Source of the DNA: Minisyncoccia bacterium | GTDB taxonomy: Bacteria > Patescibacteriota > Minisyncoccia > UBA6257 > 2-01-FULL-56-20 | Length of the DNA stretch: 64,000 nt | Direction of reading: 5' to 3' | NCBI GenBank assembly: GCA_050008535.1 | Contig: JBEKML010000002.1 | Location: forward strand, 148,881-212,880 | Shown: piece after piece, positions 19,366-28,393 of the stretch | How the letters are laid out: each line of letters opens with the position of its first letter | How positions within the stretch are numbered: the stretch's first letter is position 1 | Notes under the pieces: model-generated | Databases searched by the model: none | Told to the model about the DNA's origin: nothing | The model's input: the letters and a program-made list of their open reading frames with translations, nothing else | Translations under genes and position numbers: made by a program

Positions 19366-19785
19366 ATGAATAAATTCATATGGGAGGACAAATATAGCGT
19401 GGGCATTTCCTCGCTTGACGAGCAACACAAACATTTCTTTGAAATCGCCGACGACATTGTTGATTTGCTCGGGCGCGGAGATTTCAATAAAGATGAGCTT
19501 TCCGCGCTGATAGTGAAATTGGCGAATCATGCTTTTGTCCACCTTAAAACAGAGGAAGATTATTTCGACAACCTTCATTATTTAAGCGCACCCCTTCATG
19601 TTGAAGCACACAAATTGTACAGAAAGAAAGTTGAGGATTATCTTCAGATGATACAAAGCCCGAACGCGGACATTAAAACGCTTGCCGACGAAGTCGCTAC
19701 TTTCGCAATATATTGGCTTTCAGACCATATTCTACTCATGGACAAGCAATATACGGTTTTTTTCAAAGAACACGGAGTTAAGTAA
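19366..19785 (+). CDS. Hemerythrin-like (bacteriohemerythrin) protein
   Basis: WEDKYSVGISSLDEQHKHFF and the later His/Glu/Asp ligand pattern. The gene is AT-rich relative to its flanks. Confidence 0.7.
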   Translation: MNKFIWEDKYSVGISSLDEQHKHFFEIADDIVDLLGRGDFNKDELSALIVKLANHAFVHLKTEEDYFDNLHYLSAPLHVEAHKLYRKKVEDYLQMIQSPNADIKTLADEVATFAIYWLSDHILLMDKQYTVFFKEHGVK

Positions 19786-19790
19786 GATTA

Positions 19791-20456
19791 ATGAACTATA
19801 AGCGGGTTGTTTTGATGATCGTGGTGGTTATCGCTGGAATCGCGGGATATATGTTGTTCGCGCAAAAAGCGCCAACCCAAACCTCCCCAGTTCCAAGCGA
19901 AACATATGGCATGAGCCAATATACCGACCCGATATACGGTTTCTCGTTTTGGTACCCAAGTGCATTGCGGGTAACGGCGACAACCACAGATAACGACGTG
20001 AATTTTCCGGGAGGCGTTGCTGTGGAAACTTTGCAGGTCGGCCCCGTCGGAGGCACGTCGGTCGTTGTGGTGAATTCCCCGACAGGCTCCATAACCGATG
20101 AACCGGCAAATCACGCAAGCCCGATCAACCAGACAGAATATTTCTACGATAGTGCTTCGGGGCAATGGATGGTAGCTTTTCCACAAGGCACAAATGGCGA
20201 AGGCTCGAGCGCGACGACAACAGCAAATGTTTCCAAGACCACCATTTCCGGCTTGATCATGTTGCCGAGCGGGCGCCGCTTTGACACAACCATCATTCCC
20301 TTGAGCACGATGCGATTCCTGGTTGTGAGTGATGGAGGAGGGAGCGCCTTCACCTCCCAGTTAGCACGGACGGTTGCGCAAGCGGGCGCATTGATTGACC
20401 CTTCAATACAAGCGACTGCCCTGCAGGAAGAGGAAGCTGCGTACTCCAAGGAATAA
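19791..20456 (+). CDS. Membrane-anchored hypothetical protein
   Basis: N-terminal TM helix, then a Thr/Ser/Gly-rich extracellular region. Confidence 0.45.
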   Translation: MNYKRVVLMIVVVIAGIAGYMLFAQKAPTQTSPVPSETYGMSQYTDPIYGFSFWYPSALRVTATTTDNDVNFPGGVAVETLQVGPVGGTSVVVVNSPTGSITDEPANHASPINQTEYFYDSASGQWMVAFPQGTNGEGSSATTTANVSKTTISGLIMLPSGRRFDTTIIPLSTMRFLVVSDGGGSAFTSQLARTVAQAGALIDPSIQATALQEEEAAYSKE

Positions 20457-20570
20457 TGTGGCAAAGACCTGAAGCTGCAAATTCTCTGCCTGGTCTCCCC
20501 GTTAAAAGCGAAAGCGGCACGTCCCGTGGGATGGTGCCGCTAATCGATTCGGTCTTGTGCGCGGATGTCT

Positions 20571-21065
20571 TCAGAAAGCGACTCCGCACTGAAGCTCGGC
20601 GAAGTACGGGTTGGCGGTGGTCCGCTCGGCGAGCCATCGCGGCGCTTCGTCAATCCCACCAATGAGCATCAATTCGAGGAGAAGCATCGCTACTTCATCC
20701 TGTTCTTCCTTGGAGCCAGAGGAGAAGGACAAGATGAATTTCCTCCCTCGAATTGCGCTGCCGTAGCGCTTCGGCACGGCGTCCATATCGCGGTTCTCGA
20801 ACGAGGTGAAGTGAAGGGGATTCTCCGCGAGCCGCCTAGCCTTTTCGAGGGCGAATCCCATGCACGCTTCGTGCTCTTCGATGGTGATGCATCCGAACAC
20901 GCAGGTGAGCAGGGGAAGCCCGGTTGAGTTGTCGGCGACACAGAGAACGCCACCGTGTTGATGACCCTCGTATCCGGGGAAACATTCGAGGATCAGTCCC
21001 GCAAGTTCCAGAACTCGCATGAGTTCCTCTGTATTGATTGTCGGCGGGCCAGCAATCAGTGCCAT
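20571..21065 (-). CDS. Hypothetical protein
   Basis: AAGGAGG ribosome-binding site 7 nt upstream of ATG. The plus-strand alternative (20565-20927) has antisense-like composition. Confidence 0.45.
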   Translation of the reverse strand: MALIAGPPTINTEELMRVLELAGLILECFPGYEGHQHGGVLCVADNSTGLPLLTCVFGCITIEEHEACMGFALEKARRLAENPLHFTSFENRDMDAVPKRYGSAIRGRKFILSFSSGSKEEQDEVAMLLLELMLIGGIDEAPRWLAERTTANPYFAELQCGVAF

Positions 21066-21118
21066 GGCTGCGCCTCCTTTCAGAACTACTGAAGATAGGA
21101 TAGCACAAAACTTACTGT

Positions 21119-21235
21119 AAACACCTGAAGTTGCGATTTGCTGAATCGTAAACTCAGGTGTTTGGGGTGGTGCTACGCATACTGCGTTCCTGCCCCTTGC
21201 GCCTACCCGGCATCGTCAGGGTAGGGATTTGAATA
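21119..21235. repeat. 115-bp structured intergenic repeat, copy A
   Basis: About 96% identical to 22487-22602. Contains nested hairpins: AACACCTGA...TCAGGTGTT, ACGCA-GTA-TGCGT and CCTACCC-ggcatcgtca-GGGTAGG. Confidence 0.8.
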
Positions 21236-21260
21236 TTGGTTGTTGCTCACGCGGGGTGAT

Positions 21261-22070
21261 TTATTCCGGCTGGAATTCGAACGAGCAGGACAGCCGGAGG
21301 TGTTCCTGATGCGAAAGGTACGTGCCGTTCGGCGTCCCGAAGAGGAGGCCGTCGCCCATCGTCGGCTCGACGCAGAAGTACTCCGGGCTGTCGGACCAGG
21401 CCACGGCTTGCCTGTAGCCATGCTCCAACTTCATGACGACTTTCCCTATGCCGTTCAGACGGATGCCGATGACGGGTCCCGTTGTGAGAACCTCCGCCGA
21501 CATCGGATGAAATTCGCGACGTCCATCAGGGAACTCCACGCACCCGCCATTCGGGGTATTGAAGAACGAGTGCAATGCGCAGCACACCGGCATGCGTTTT
21601 CCCGGGATGAACGACGTGCACACCAGGTCGGTTTCGTAGCGGAAGCCGTTCGGCAACGCTGCGATCTCGATTGAGCCGTAGAGATTCCATGGGAACGCAT
21701 TCCTGCTCCCGGGAATCTCGAATCTCATCGAGGCACCACCGTGGGTTTGCCGGTTCGGATTGGGATCTTTGAGCAGGATGCCGGAGCAGAGCGTGTTGCG
21801 CAAAGGTCCGTGTTGGGGGAGCCCGTAGCTCGCGACCGTATCAGGCAGGACCCCGAGGTTCGGCAGGCATTGGTGCATCCCGCCGCTGATTCTGAGCTTA
21901 TTCCCGGCGAGAGCGTTTCCTCGCGGAAAGAAGACCTCCGTGTTGCCGTGCTGCCATCGCTCGACATTGCCTCCCACCGGGGAGACAACAAGCATGGTCT
22001 TCTCGTTTTGTAGGAGCAAGTTTGTACCGCCTTTCTGTTTGCGAATGACTCTAAAGATGTTATAGAACAA
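21261..22070 (-). CDS. Aldose 1-epimerase family protein (mutarotase-like)
   Basis: FCVEP active-site-like motif, HG...GG pattern, beta-sandwich-type composition. Confidence 0.45.
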   Translation of the reverse strand: MFYNIFRVIRKQKGGTNLLLQNEKTMLVVSPVGGNVERWQHGNTEVFFPRGNALAGNKLRISGGMHQCLPNLGVLPDTVASYGLPQHGPLRNTLCSGILLKDPNPNRQTHGGASMRFEIPGSRNAFPWNLYGSIEIAALPNGFRYETDLVCTSFIPGKRMPVCCALHSFFNTPNGGCVEFPDGRREFHPMSAEVLTTGPVIGIRLNGIGKVVMKLEHGYRQAVAWSDSPEYFCVEPTMGDGLLFGTPNGTYLSHQEHLRLSCSFEFQPE

Positions 22071-22232
22071 AAGGCTGTTTGTTTCAAGTTTAGGTCTGAT
22101 TGAGAAATAAAAAAGGGAACGGGGCGAAACGGAAATCCGCCTCGCCCCGATTTGCCTTAGAGACCGCGCGCGCCGGGCGGTCTCGGGCTGATGGAAAGCC
22201 CAATGCCGATGTTCCGTCGATGGCTCGTTCTC

Positions 22233-22352
22233 TCAGCCGCGGAGGATTGCCCCTAGGATCGTGAGCGCGATTGCGAGCAACCCGCCGAGGGCAAGTTTTC
22301 CAGCAGGACTGATCTGCGGGCCACTTAAGTACTGGGGTCGCGGTTGTATCAT
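22233..22352 (-). CDS. 39-aa hydrophobic membrane peptide (MIQPRPQYLSGPQISPAGKLALGGLLAIALTILGAILRG)
   Basis: Own promoter TTGATT-17-TATGAT on the minus strand, GAGGGGG ribosome-binding site, and a downstream minus-strand intrinsic terminator (ggggcga...tcgcccc plus T-run) before the next gene. Below the 60-aa cutoff of the ORF track. Confidence 0.4.
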   Translation of the reverse strand: MIQPRPQYLSGPQISPAGKLALGGLLAIALTILGAILRG

Positions 22353-22486
22353 GTCTTCCCCCTCTGATTAAATCATACCACAGAACGTGCGTTAAATCAA
22401 CTTTAACTTTTTCTTCGTGAAAAGCGTGTGCCAAACTATTGTTGGCTGGCTGGCTTGAGCGATGTTCGAACGATTTTGAAACTAAA

Positions 22487-22602
22487 AACACCTGAAATTG
22501 CGATTTGCTAGATCGTAAACTCAGGTGTTTGGGGTGGTGCTACGCATACTGCGTTCCTGCCCCTCGCGCCTACCCGGCATCGTCAGGGTAGGGATTCGAA
22601 TA
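22487..22602. repeat. 115-bp structured intergenic repeat, copy B
   Basis: Near-identical to copy A. Lies immediately 3' of the PEP-CTERM gene stop. Confidence 0.8.
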
Positions 22603-22603
22603 C

Positions 22604-23413
22604 TTACGCCATCTGCTTCCGGCTGTGCAACCTGTACGCAAGGCCGAGGAGCCCAATGACGAGGAGTGCGGTGTTTGGCTCGGGAATAGTACCGCCGCCG
22701 GTCGTTGCTTCGCAACCCGACACGACATTCGTATCCATCGTCACGGCGCCGTTGCGCGCCAGGGCTCTACCGCACGGAATGTTCGCGCCGGTGTTCAACG
22801 TGATACTCGTGAGCGCCAGGATATTTCCTGCGAAATTGGTGTGGGTCCCGAGAGTTGCCGAACTACCCACCAGCCAAAAGAGGTTACCGCCCGTGCCACC
22901 GTCGGCAAAAAGAACAGACGCGCCACTTGCGGTCGTGAGCGTGCTCCCCATCCGGAAAAGGAAGACCGCATTCGGATCACCCTCGGCGTCGAGCGTGAGC
23001 GTTCCAGTCAACTGAGCCGACGACGCAAAGCAATAGACTCCTGGCGTGAGCGTCATGCCGCCAAGGTCTTGACCGGTCAAGGCGCTCGAGCACTCTTCAC
23101 CTGCGGCAAAATTGTATGCCGAGGTCAGATCGCTCTGGGCCTGCCTCGCGACGTTATCCGCGGAGTGTATCGTTCCTCCGCTCACAATCCCAGGAGGAAA
23201 TCCTGTGATTGCGGTACCCAGCCATACCCCCAGATTTCCATTGATGCTGGTCGCGCCGGTATTGGTCACTGTTGATCCGCCGAGAACAGCAAAAGAGTCC
23301 GCTGTCCCAAGATCGACGTTGATAGCGCCAGCATAAACGCCTGCTGGCAGCAAAAACGAGAGAATCACCAAGCAAATGCCACGCATACTTTCCACCCTCA
23401 GCTCCCATCTCAA
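22604..23413 (-). CDS. PEP-CTERM sorting-domain protein with ice-binding-like (DUF3494) domain
   Basis: Signal peptide. DUF3494-like block SFAVLGGSTVTNTGATSINGNLGVWLGTAITGFPPG. C-terminal IPEPNTALLVIGLLGLAYRLHSRKQ fits PEP + TM helix + basic tail. Confidence 0.7.
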   Translation of the reverse strand: MRWELRVESMRGICLVILSFLLPAGVYAGAINVDLGTADSFAVLGGSTVTNTGATSINGNLGVWLGTAITGFPPGIVSGGTIHSADNVARQAQSDLTSAYNFAAGEECSSALTGQDLGGMTLTPGVYCFASSAQLTGTLTLDAEGDPNAVFLFRMGSTLTTASGASVLFADGGTGGNLFWLVGSSATLGTHTNFAGNILALTSITLNTGANIPCGRALARNGAVTMDTNVVSGCEATTGGGTIPEPNTALLVIGLLGLAYRLHSRKQMA

Positions 23414-23617
23414 CGTCCCATCCTACTGCGTAAAATACTCGGGGATTTCCGGGGAGCAAACTGATTACGTTTTTTCATAAGCAGTTCTCTCCCCAGAATC
23501 TATTCATGATTCAATGTTCCATTTTATTTCTACCATAATTTTTGCAATTTCGTCAAATATCGCTTCGCGAGTTCAAGCTTGAAATGCAACACGGGTTAGT
23601 TCACAGAAGAGGCGATG

Positions 23618-23688
23618 CTGCCGGGCTTGGATTCGAACCAAGATGACATGATTCAGAGTCATGGATCCTACCATTAGATGACCCGGCA
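23618..23688 (-). tRNA. tRNA-Gln (anticodon CTG)
   Basis: Cloverleaf with acceptor TGCCGGG/CCCGGCA (U1-A72, as in tRNA-Gln), D arm ATCT-AATGGTA-GGAT, anticodon arm CATGA-CTCTGAA-TCATG, and T arm CTTGG-TTCGAAT-CCAAG. Confidence 0.85.
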
Positions 23689-23761
23689 ATTTAGCGTAGC
23701 AGTTACTATTATAGGGATTCTGCGGATTTTATCAATCCTGATAGTGGTATAATAAACGCAT

Positions 23762-24994
23762 ATGGCCGACAAATCATTTTTGAAAGCGGAGATTGAAAAG
23801 GTTTTGGCGCAGCCAGCGGAAAAGATCTCCGTCGTGCAGCTCGTGGACCTTTTTGTGGAATATGCGTATTTGTTGCGGGCGTCGGACGTGCACATCCAAC
23901 CCGAGGAAAAAATAGTCCGCATTCGTTTTCGCATTGACGGGGTTTTGCACGACGTTTTTGAAAAGATCGGCATCAATAAGACGGTCCACACTGAAATGAT
24001 CAGCCGCATTAAAGTTCTCACGGGTCTGCGTACGGATGAGCACCTGACGCCGCAGGACGGGAGGTTCAAGGTGGGGACGAAGGACTTCGGCGATCTAAAC
24101 GTCCGGGTTTCCATCATCCCCACTTATCATGGCGAGAACGCGATCCTCCGGATCCTTGCGGAAACGCAGCAGTTTACGGTGGAGACGCTCGGATTTGCGC
24201 CCGCCGACCTTAAAAAATTGCAGAATGCGATCGGGAAACCGTACGGCATGATCTTAGCGAATGGGCCGACCGGGTCAGGGAAAACGACCACCCTTTATAC
24301 GATTTTGCGGCAACTGAACGAACCGGGCGTTTCCATTATCACGATTGAGGATCCGATCGAATATGCGCTGGACGGCACGACGCAGATCCAAACAAACATG
24401 GACACGGGACTTACCTTTGCGAGCGGACTGCGGTCCATTTTGCGGCAGGACCCGAATATCATCATGGTCGGCGAGATCCGCGACGAAGAAACCGCAGCGA
24501 TTGCAGTGAACGCGGCACTCACCGGGCACCTCATGCTTTCCACGCTCCACACGAATGACGCCGCCACCACCTTCCCGCGGCTCCTTGATATGGGAGTGCC
24601 GCCGTTTCTCGTCGCCTCAACGGTGAATCTTGTGATCGGGCAGCGGCTGATACGGAAGCTGTGCGAACACTGCAAGATCGAGCGGAAATTGACCGCGGAC
24701 GAATTCAAAGGCCTGAAGGAAATCATCCCCGAAGTTGACGAAAAGATGCACTTCCACGCCGCAAAGGGATGCGATATCTGCCACCAGAGCGGTTACGAAA
24801 GCCGGGTTGCGGTGCGCGAGATCATTGAAGTGAAAGATGATATTCGCGAACTCATCACGAACCGGGCGAGCGCCCAGGCGATCAAAGAAGCGGCGATCCG
24901 CGGGGGGATGACGACGATGATCCGCCAGGCGCTCATCAAGGCCTCGGAAGGGCAGACGAGTATCGAAGAGATACTCCGCGTCGTCAATGAGTAG
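23762..24994 (+). CDS. pilB: Type IV pilus assembly ATPase (PilB/GspE family, short)
   Basis: Walker A GPTGSGKTTT, Asp/His boxes, and a tetracysteine CEHCK...CDIC. Confidence 0.85.
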   Translation: MADKSFLKAEIEKVLAQPAEKISVVQLVDLFVEYAYLLRASDVHIQPEEKIVRIRFRIDGVLHDVFEKIGINKTVHTEMISRIKVLTGLRTDEHLTPQDGRFKVGTKDFGDLNVRVSIIPTYHGENAILRILAETQQFTVETLGFAPADLKKLQNAIGKPYGMILANGPTGSGKTTTLYTILRQLNEPGVSIITIEDPIEYALDGTTQIQTNMDTGLTFASGLRSILRQDPNIIMVGEIRDEETAAIAVNAALTGHLMLSTLHTNDAATTFPRLLDMGVPPFLVASTVNLVIGQRLIRKLCEHCKIERKLTADEFKGLKEIIPEVDEKMHFHAAKGCDICHQSGYESRVAVREIIEVKDDIRELITNRASAQAIKEAAIRGGMTTMIRQALIKASEGQTSIEEILRVVNE

Positions 24995-26072
24995 CAACAA
25001 ACCGCCGGGAATTTTTTCCAAGCTTTTTGATCGGATCTCCGTCCAGGACCGGATCAATTTTGCGCGGCACCTTTCGCTTGTCGTCAAAGCCGGGCTGCCG
25101 GTATTTGAAGGATTGAAGATCATTGAAGAACAGACTGAGTCGCGGTTCTTGAAGCGCGTCCTTGAGAGTTTGATCCAGGACGTCAACGACGGAAAGTCCC
25201 TTGCCGACGGGCTTCAGAAATACGAGCATCTTTTCGGATCTTTTTTTATTAACATCGTGCGGGTGGGGGAGGCCTCCGGAACACTTTCAAAGAATTTGCT
25301 GTATCTTGCGGACGAGATGGGCCGCGAGAAGGCGCTGCAGACAAAAGTGCGGTCGGCGATGGTGTATCCGCTTGTCATCCTTACGATGACGATCGGGGTT
25401 GCGGGATTCCTTACCTTCTACGTTTTTCCGAAACTGGTCCCGGTCTTCGCCAGCATGAACGTGCAGCTTCCTGCGACGACGCAGGCCCTTTTGACAACAC
25501 TGAACTTTCTGCGCAGTTACGGCCTTTACACGCTCGGCGGATTGATCGTATTCATCATCATCACGCAGATCATCCTTAAGAAAGTAACGCCCGTGCGCTA
25601 TTTCTTCAACGAGCTTTTGATCTTTATCCCCGTCGTCGAAGACCTTACCGTGAACGTAAATATGGTGAATTTCACGCGGGTCCTTGCACTACTTCTGAAA
25701 AGCGGCACGAAGATCGTGGAAGCGCTCACTATTACGAAAAATACTTTTAGCAATCTTGTTTACGTACGCATCATTGGGAACGCGGCGGACGAGATCAAGA
25801 AAGGCGGGCAGCTCGGCGTTTACCTTGCAACGAAAAGGCGTTTTTTTCCGCCGCTTGTTTCGGGAATGGTGCGGATCGGAGAAAGCACGGGAAACCTTGA
25901 AGAAAATCTGGAGTATCTTGCCGGTTATTACGACGAGGAAGTGGACACCAAGCTTCACTCGCTCACTTCGCTTATCGAGCCCTTGATGCTCCTTTTCATG
26001 GGCTTGCTCGTCGGATTTGTCGCGCTCTCGATCATCACGCCGATCTATTCGATTGGGCAGGGCATCAAATGA
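24987..26072 (+). CDS. pilC: Type IV pilus inner-membrane platform protein (PilC/GspF family)
   Basis: GspF-like duplicated domains with three TM segments. Overlaps the pilB stop. Confidence 0.8.
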   Translation: MSSNKPPGIFSKLFDRISVQDRINFARHLSLVVKAGLPVFEGLKIIEEQTESRFLKRVLESLIQDVNDGKSLADGLQKYEHLFGSFFINIVRVGEASGTLSKNLLYLADEMGREKALQTKVRSAMVYPLVILTMTIGVAGFLTFYVFPKLVPVFASMNVQLPATTQALLTTLNFLRSYGLYTLGGLIVFIIITQIILKKVTPVRYFFNELLIFIPVVEDLTVNVNMVNFTRVLALLLKSGTKIVEALTITKNTFSNLVYVRIIGNAADEIKKGGQLGVYLATKRRFFPPLVSGMVRIGESTGNLEENLEYLAGYYDEEVDTKLHSLTSLIEPLMLLFMGLLVGFVALSIITPIYSIGQGIK

Positions 26073-27799
26073 AGCACCGCGGGACGAGCTTAATAGATCT
26101 TTTGATCAGCATGGCGATCGTCGCGGTGCTCTTCGGCGGCATTTATCTCGTCTATTTTTCCCTTGTTACCGCGATCACGAATATCGGCGTACGGACCGCG
26201 GCCGCAAGCGCGGTCCAGGCCGAGATCGAAACGATACGCAATTTGCCGTACGCGAGCGTGGGCACCGTAAACGGCATCCCGCCGGGCATCATCCCGCAAT
26301 CCCAGACGGTTTCTGAGGGTTCCTATTCGTTCACGCTTACAACCACCATGCGGAACATCGACGATCCTTTTGACGGTTCGGTGACCGGTACAGTGCCGGT
26401 GGATACCGCGCCGGCGGACTACAAACTGGTAGAAATAGAGGCGACCTGCCCGCTCTGCAACAATTTTACTTCGGTGAGCGTTACGACGACTGTTGCGCCG
26501 AAAAATTTGGAAAGCGCGACGCAAAACGGTTCGCTTTTCGTTTACGCGCTTGATGCGAATGGCAATCCGGTCGCGGACGCCACGGTCCAGGTAACGAATA
26601 CACTTGTCGCGCCCTCCATTAACCTTATTGATACGACGAACGCGAGCGGCGTATTGCAGCTCGTGGGAGTTCCTACGAGCACGCAGGGATATCAGATCAC
26701 CGTGACCAAACCCGGCTACTCCACCGACAAGACCTATCCCTACGGCGCGCCCGCGAACCCAAACCCCGTAAAGCCCCACGCGACGGTGGCCGCGCAGACG
26801 GTCACCGCCATCACCTTTTCGATCGACGCGTTAAGTTCGTTTACGGTGTCGGCCTCCAATAACCGTTGCGTGCCGATTGGCGGCGAATCGTTCTCCGTCC
26901 AAGGTACGAAGCTCGTCGGTACGAACCCGGACGTGCTCAAATTCTCTACGACATCGTTTACCAGCGCGACAGGATCTTTCGCGTTTCCCGCAATTGAATG
27001 GGGCACCTACGCGCTTCTTCCGAATGATGTGGCGAGGGACATCGTAGGGACGATTCCTTTGGGCCCATTCATTATCGATCCGAGCTCAACGGCCGGTTTT
27101 CGGTTCGTGATGCAGCTGGCGGCGGATCCATCTCTTCTTGTAACTGCGGTCAATAACGCATCCATCACTCTTACAAAGACCGGATTTTCGCAAACGCTTA
27201 CTGCGGGCCATGCGTTTGTGACGCAAGACGATTGGTCCGCAGGACAATATGCGGCGCAGAGCGGCGGGCTCAACACGGGTCCTCCCGAAAGGATCACGCT
27301 GCTCGTGAACGCTTCAGGAACCTACAACACCGGTACGAACGACTGGCTTATTTCAAACACCTTTGACCTGGGCGGTTCGAGCTCAACGTTCTATTCGGTT
27401 TCATGGGACCCCGTGTCGCAGCCGCCCGGCACAACCATTGGATTCCAAATTGCGGCGAACAACGACAATGCCACGTGGAACTTTATCGGTCCCGATGGCA
27501 CCTCGGGTACCACGTTCACAAGCGCTCCCGCATCCCTGCCCGCCTCCCTCGCCGGCAACCGCTACTTCCGCTATAAGGTTTTCCTGAACACGGCCGATGA
27601 GAATGTCGCGCCGGAAATTAATGATGTAACCGTTGAATTTTCGGCCAACTGCGTCCCGCCGGCACAGGCGCTTTTCACGAACCTTCCCCAGGGAACTTAT
27701 CTGGTTGATGCGACCGCGGAGAACTATGTGGAAGCAACGACGGCCGTGTCGGTCGGTCCGGGCGCCCAGGCGGTCCAAATTCCCCTTACACACTTATGA
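26069..27799 (+). CDS. Large prepilin-type (class III signal) pseudopilin / minor pilin
   Basis: N-terminal RG-TSLIDLLISMAIVAVLF has the prepilin cleavage/methylation architecture, with D at +5. Confidence 0.65.
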   Translation: MKHRGTSLIDLLISMAIVAVLFGGIYLVYFSLVTAITNIGVRTAAASAVQAEIETIRNLPYASVGTVNGIPPGIIPQSQTVSEGSYSFTLTTTMRNIDDPFDGSVTGTVPVDTAPADYKLVEIEATCPLCNNFTSVSVTTTVAPKNLESATQNGSLFVYALDANGNPVADATVQVTNTLVAPSINLIDTTNASGVLQLVGVPTSTQGYQITVTKPGYSTDKTYPYGAPANPNPVKPHATVAAQTVTAITFSIDALSSFTVSASNNRCVPIGGESFSVQGTKLVGTNPDVLKFSTTSFTSATGSFAFPAIEWGTYALLPNDVARDIVGTIPLGPFIIDPSSTAGFRFVMQLAADPSLLVTAVNNASITLTKTGFSQTLTAGHAFVTQDDWSAGQYAAQSGGLNTGPPERITLLVNASGTYNTGTNDWLISNTFDLGGSSSTFYSVSWDPVSQPPGTTIGFQIAANNDNATWNFIGPDGTSGTTFTSAPASLPASLAGNRYFRYKVFLNTADENVAPEINDVTVEFSANCVPPAQALFTNLPQGTYLVDATAENYVEATTAVSVGPGAQAVQIPLTHL

Positions 27800-28392
27800 G
27801 GAACGGATTCTCGCTCGTTGAAATATTGATCGTCATTGCGATCGCCACATCGCTTGTTCTTGTGGTGAGCAGTTTGAGCGGCAACGTAAACGTGCTGAAC
27901 AATCTCGTAAGCCAGGAACTTCAATCAAAATCCGACATCAATCAGACATTGCAGATCGTAACGGGCGATATTCGTTCGGCAGGCCCCTCGGCGAACGGCG
28001 CATATCCCATTGACGCGGCGGGGACGAGCTCGTTCGCCTTTTACAGCGACTCGGACGCCGACGGCGCCATCGAGCGCGTGCGCTACTTTTTTGCATCATC
28101 AAGCATCTATCGCGGCGTGATCCAGCCGACCGGCACGCCTCCGGCCTACCCGACCGCAACCGAGGTCTTAACGGACCTCATAGACAACGTCATCATTCCT
28201 ACTTCCACGTCCCTCTTCAACTACTACGATGCCTCCTATACCGGCACGCAACCGGCGATGACCTCCACCGCGAACATCGCCACGATCCGGCTCGTCGGCG
28301 TTTCGTTCTCTTCCGACGTGCAGCCGAGACAATCGCCCGGACCGCAACATTTTTCGATCCTGGTGGACATAAGAAATTTGCGAAGCAACTGA
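27796..28392 (+). CDS. Prepilin-type minor pilin / pseudopilin
   Basis: N-terminal NG-FSLVEILIVIAIA (G-F...E5). Confidence 0.7.
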   Translation: MRNGFSLVEILIVIAIATSLVLVVSSLSGNVNVLNNLVSQELQSKSDINQTLQIVTGDIRSAGPSANGAYPIDAAGTSSFAFYSDSDADGAIERVRYFFASSSIYRGVIQPTGTPPAYPTATEVLTDLIDNVIIPTSTSLFNYYDASYTGTQPAMTSTANIATIRLVGVSFSSDVQPRQSPGPQHFSILVDIRNLRSN

Positions 28393-28393
28393 C

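Noticed and set aside
22625-23275. 216-aa plus-strand ORF opposite the PEP-CTERM gene
   Set aside because: Antisense. The minus-strand gene has signal peptide, DUF3494 and PEP-CTERM features.
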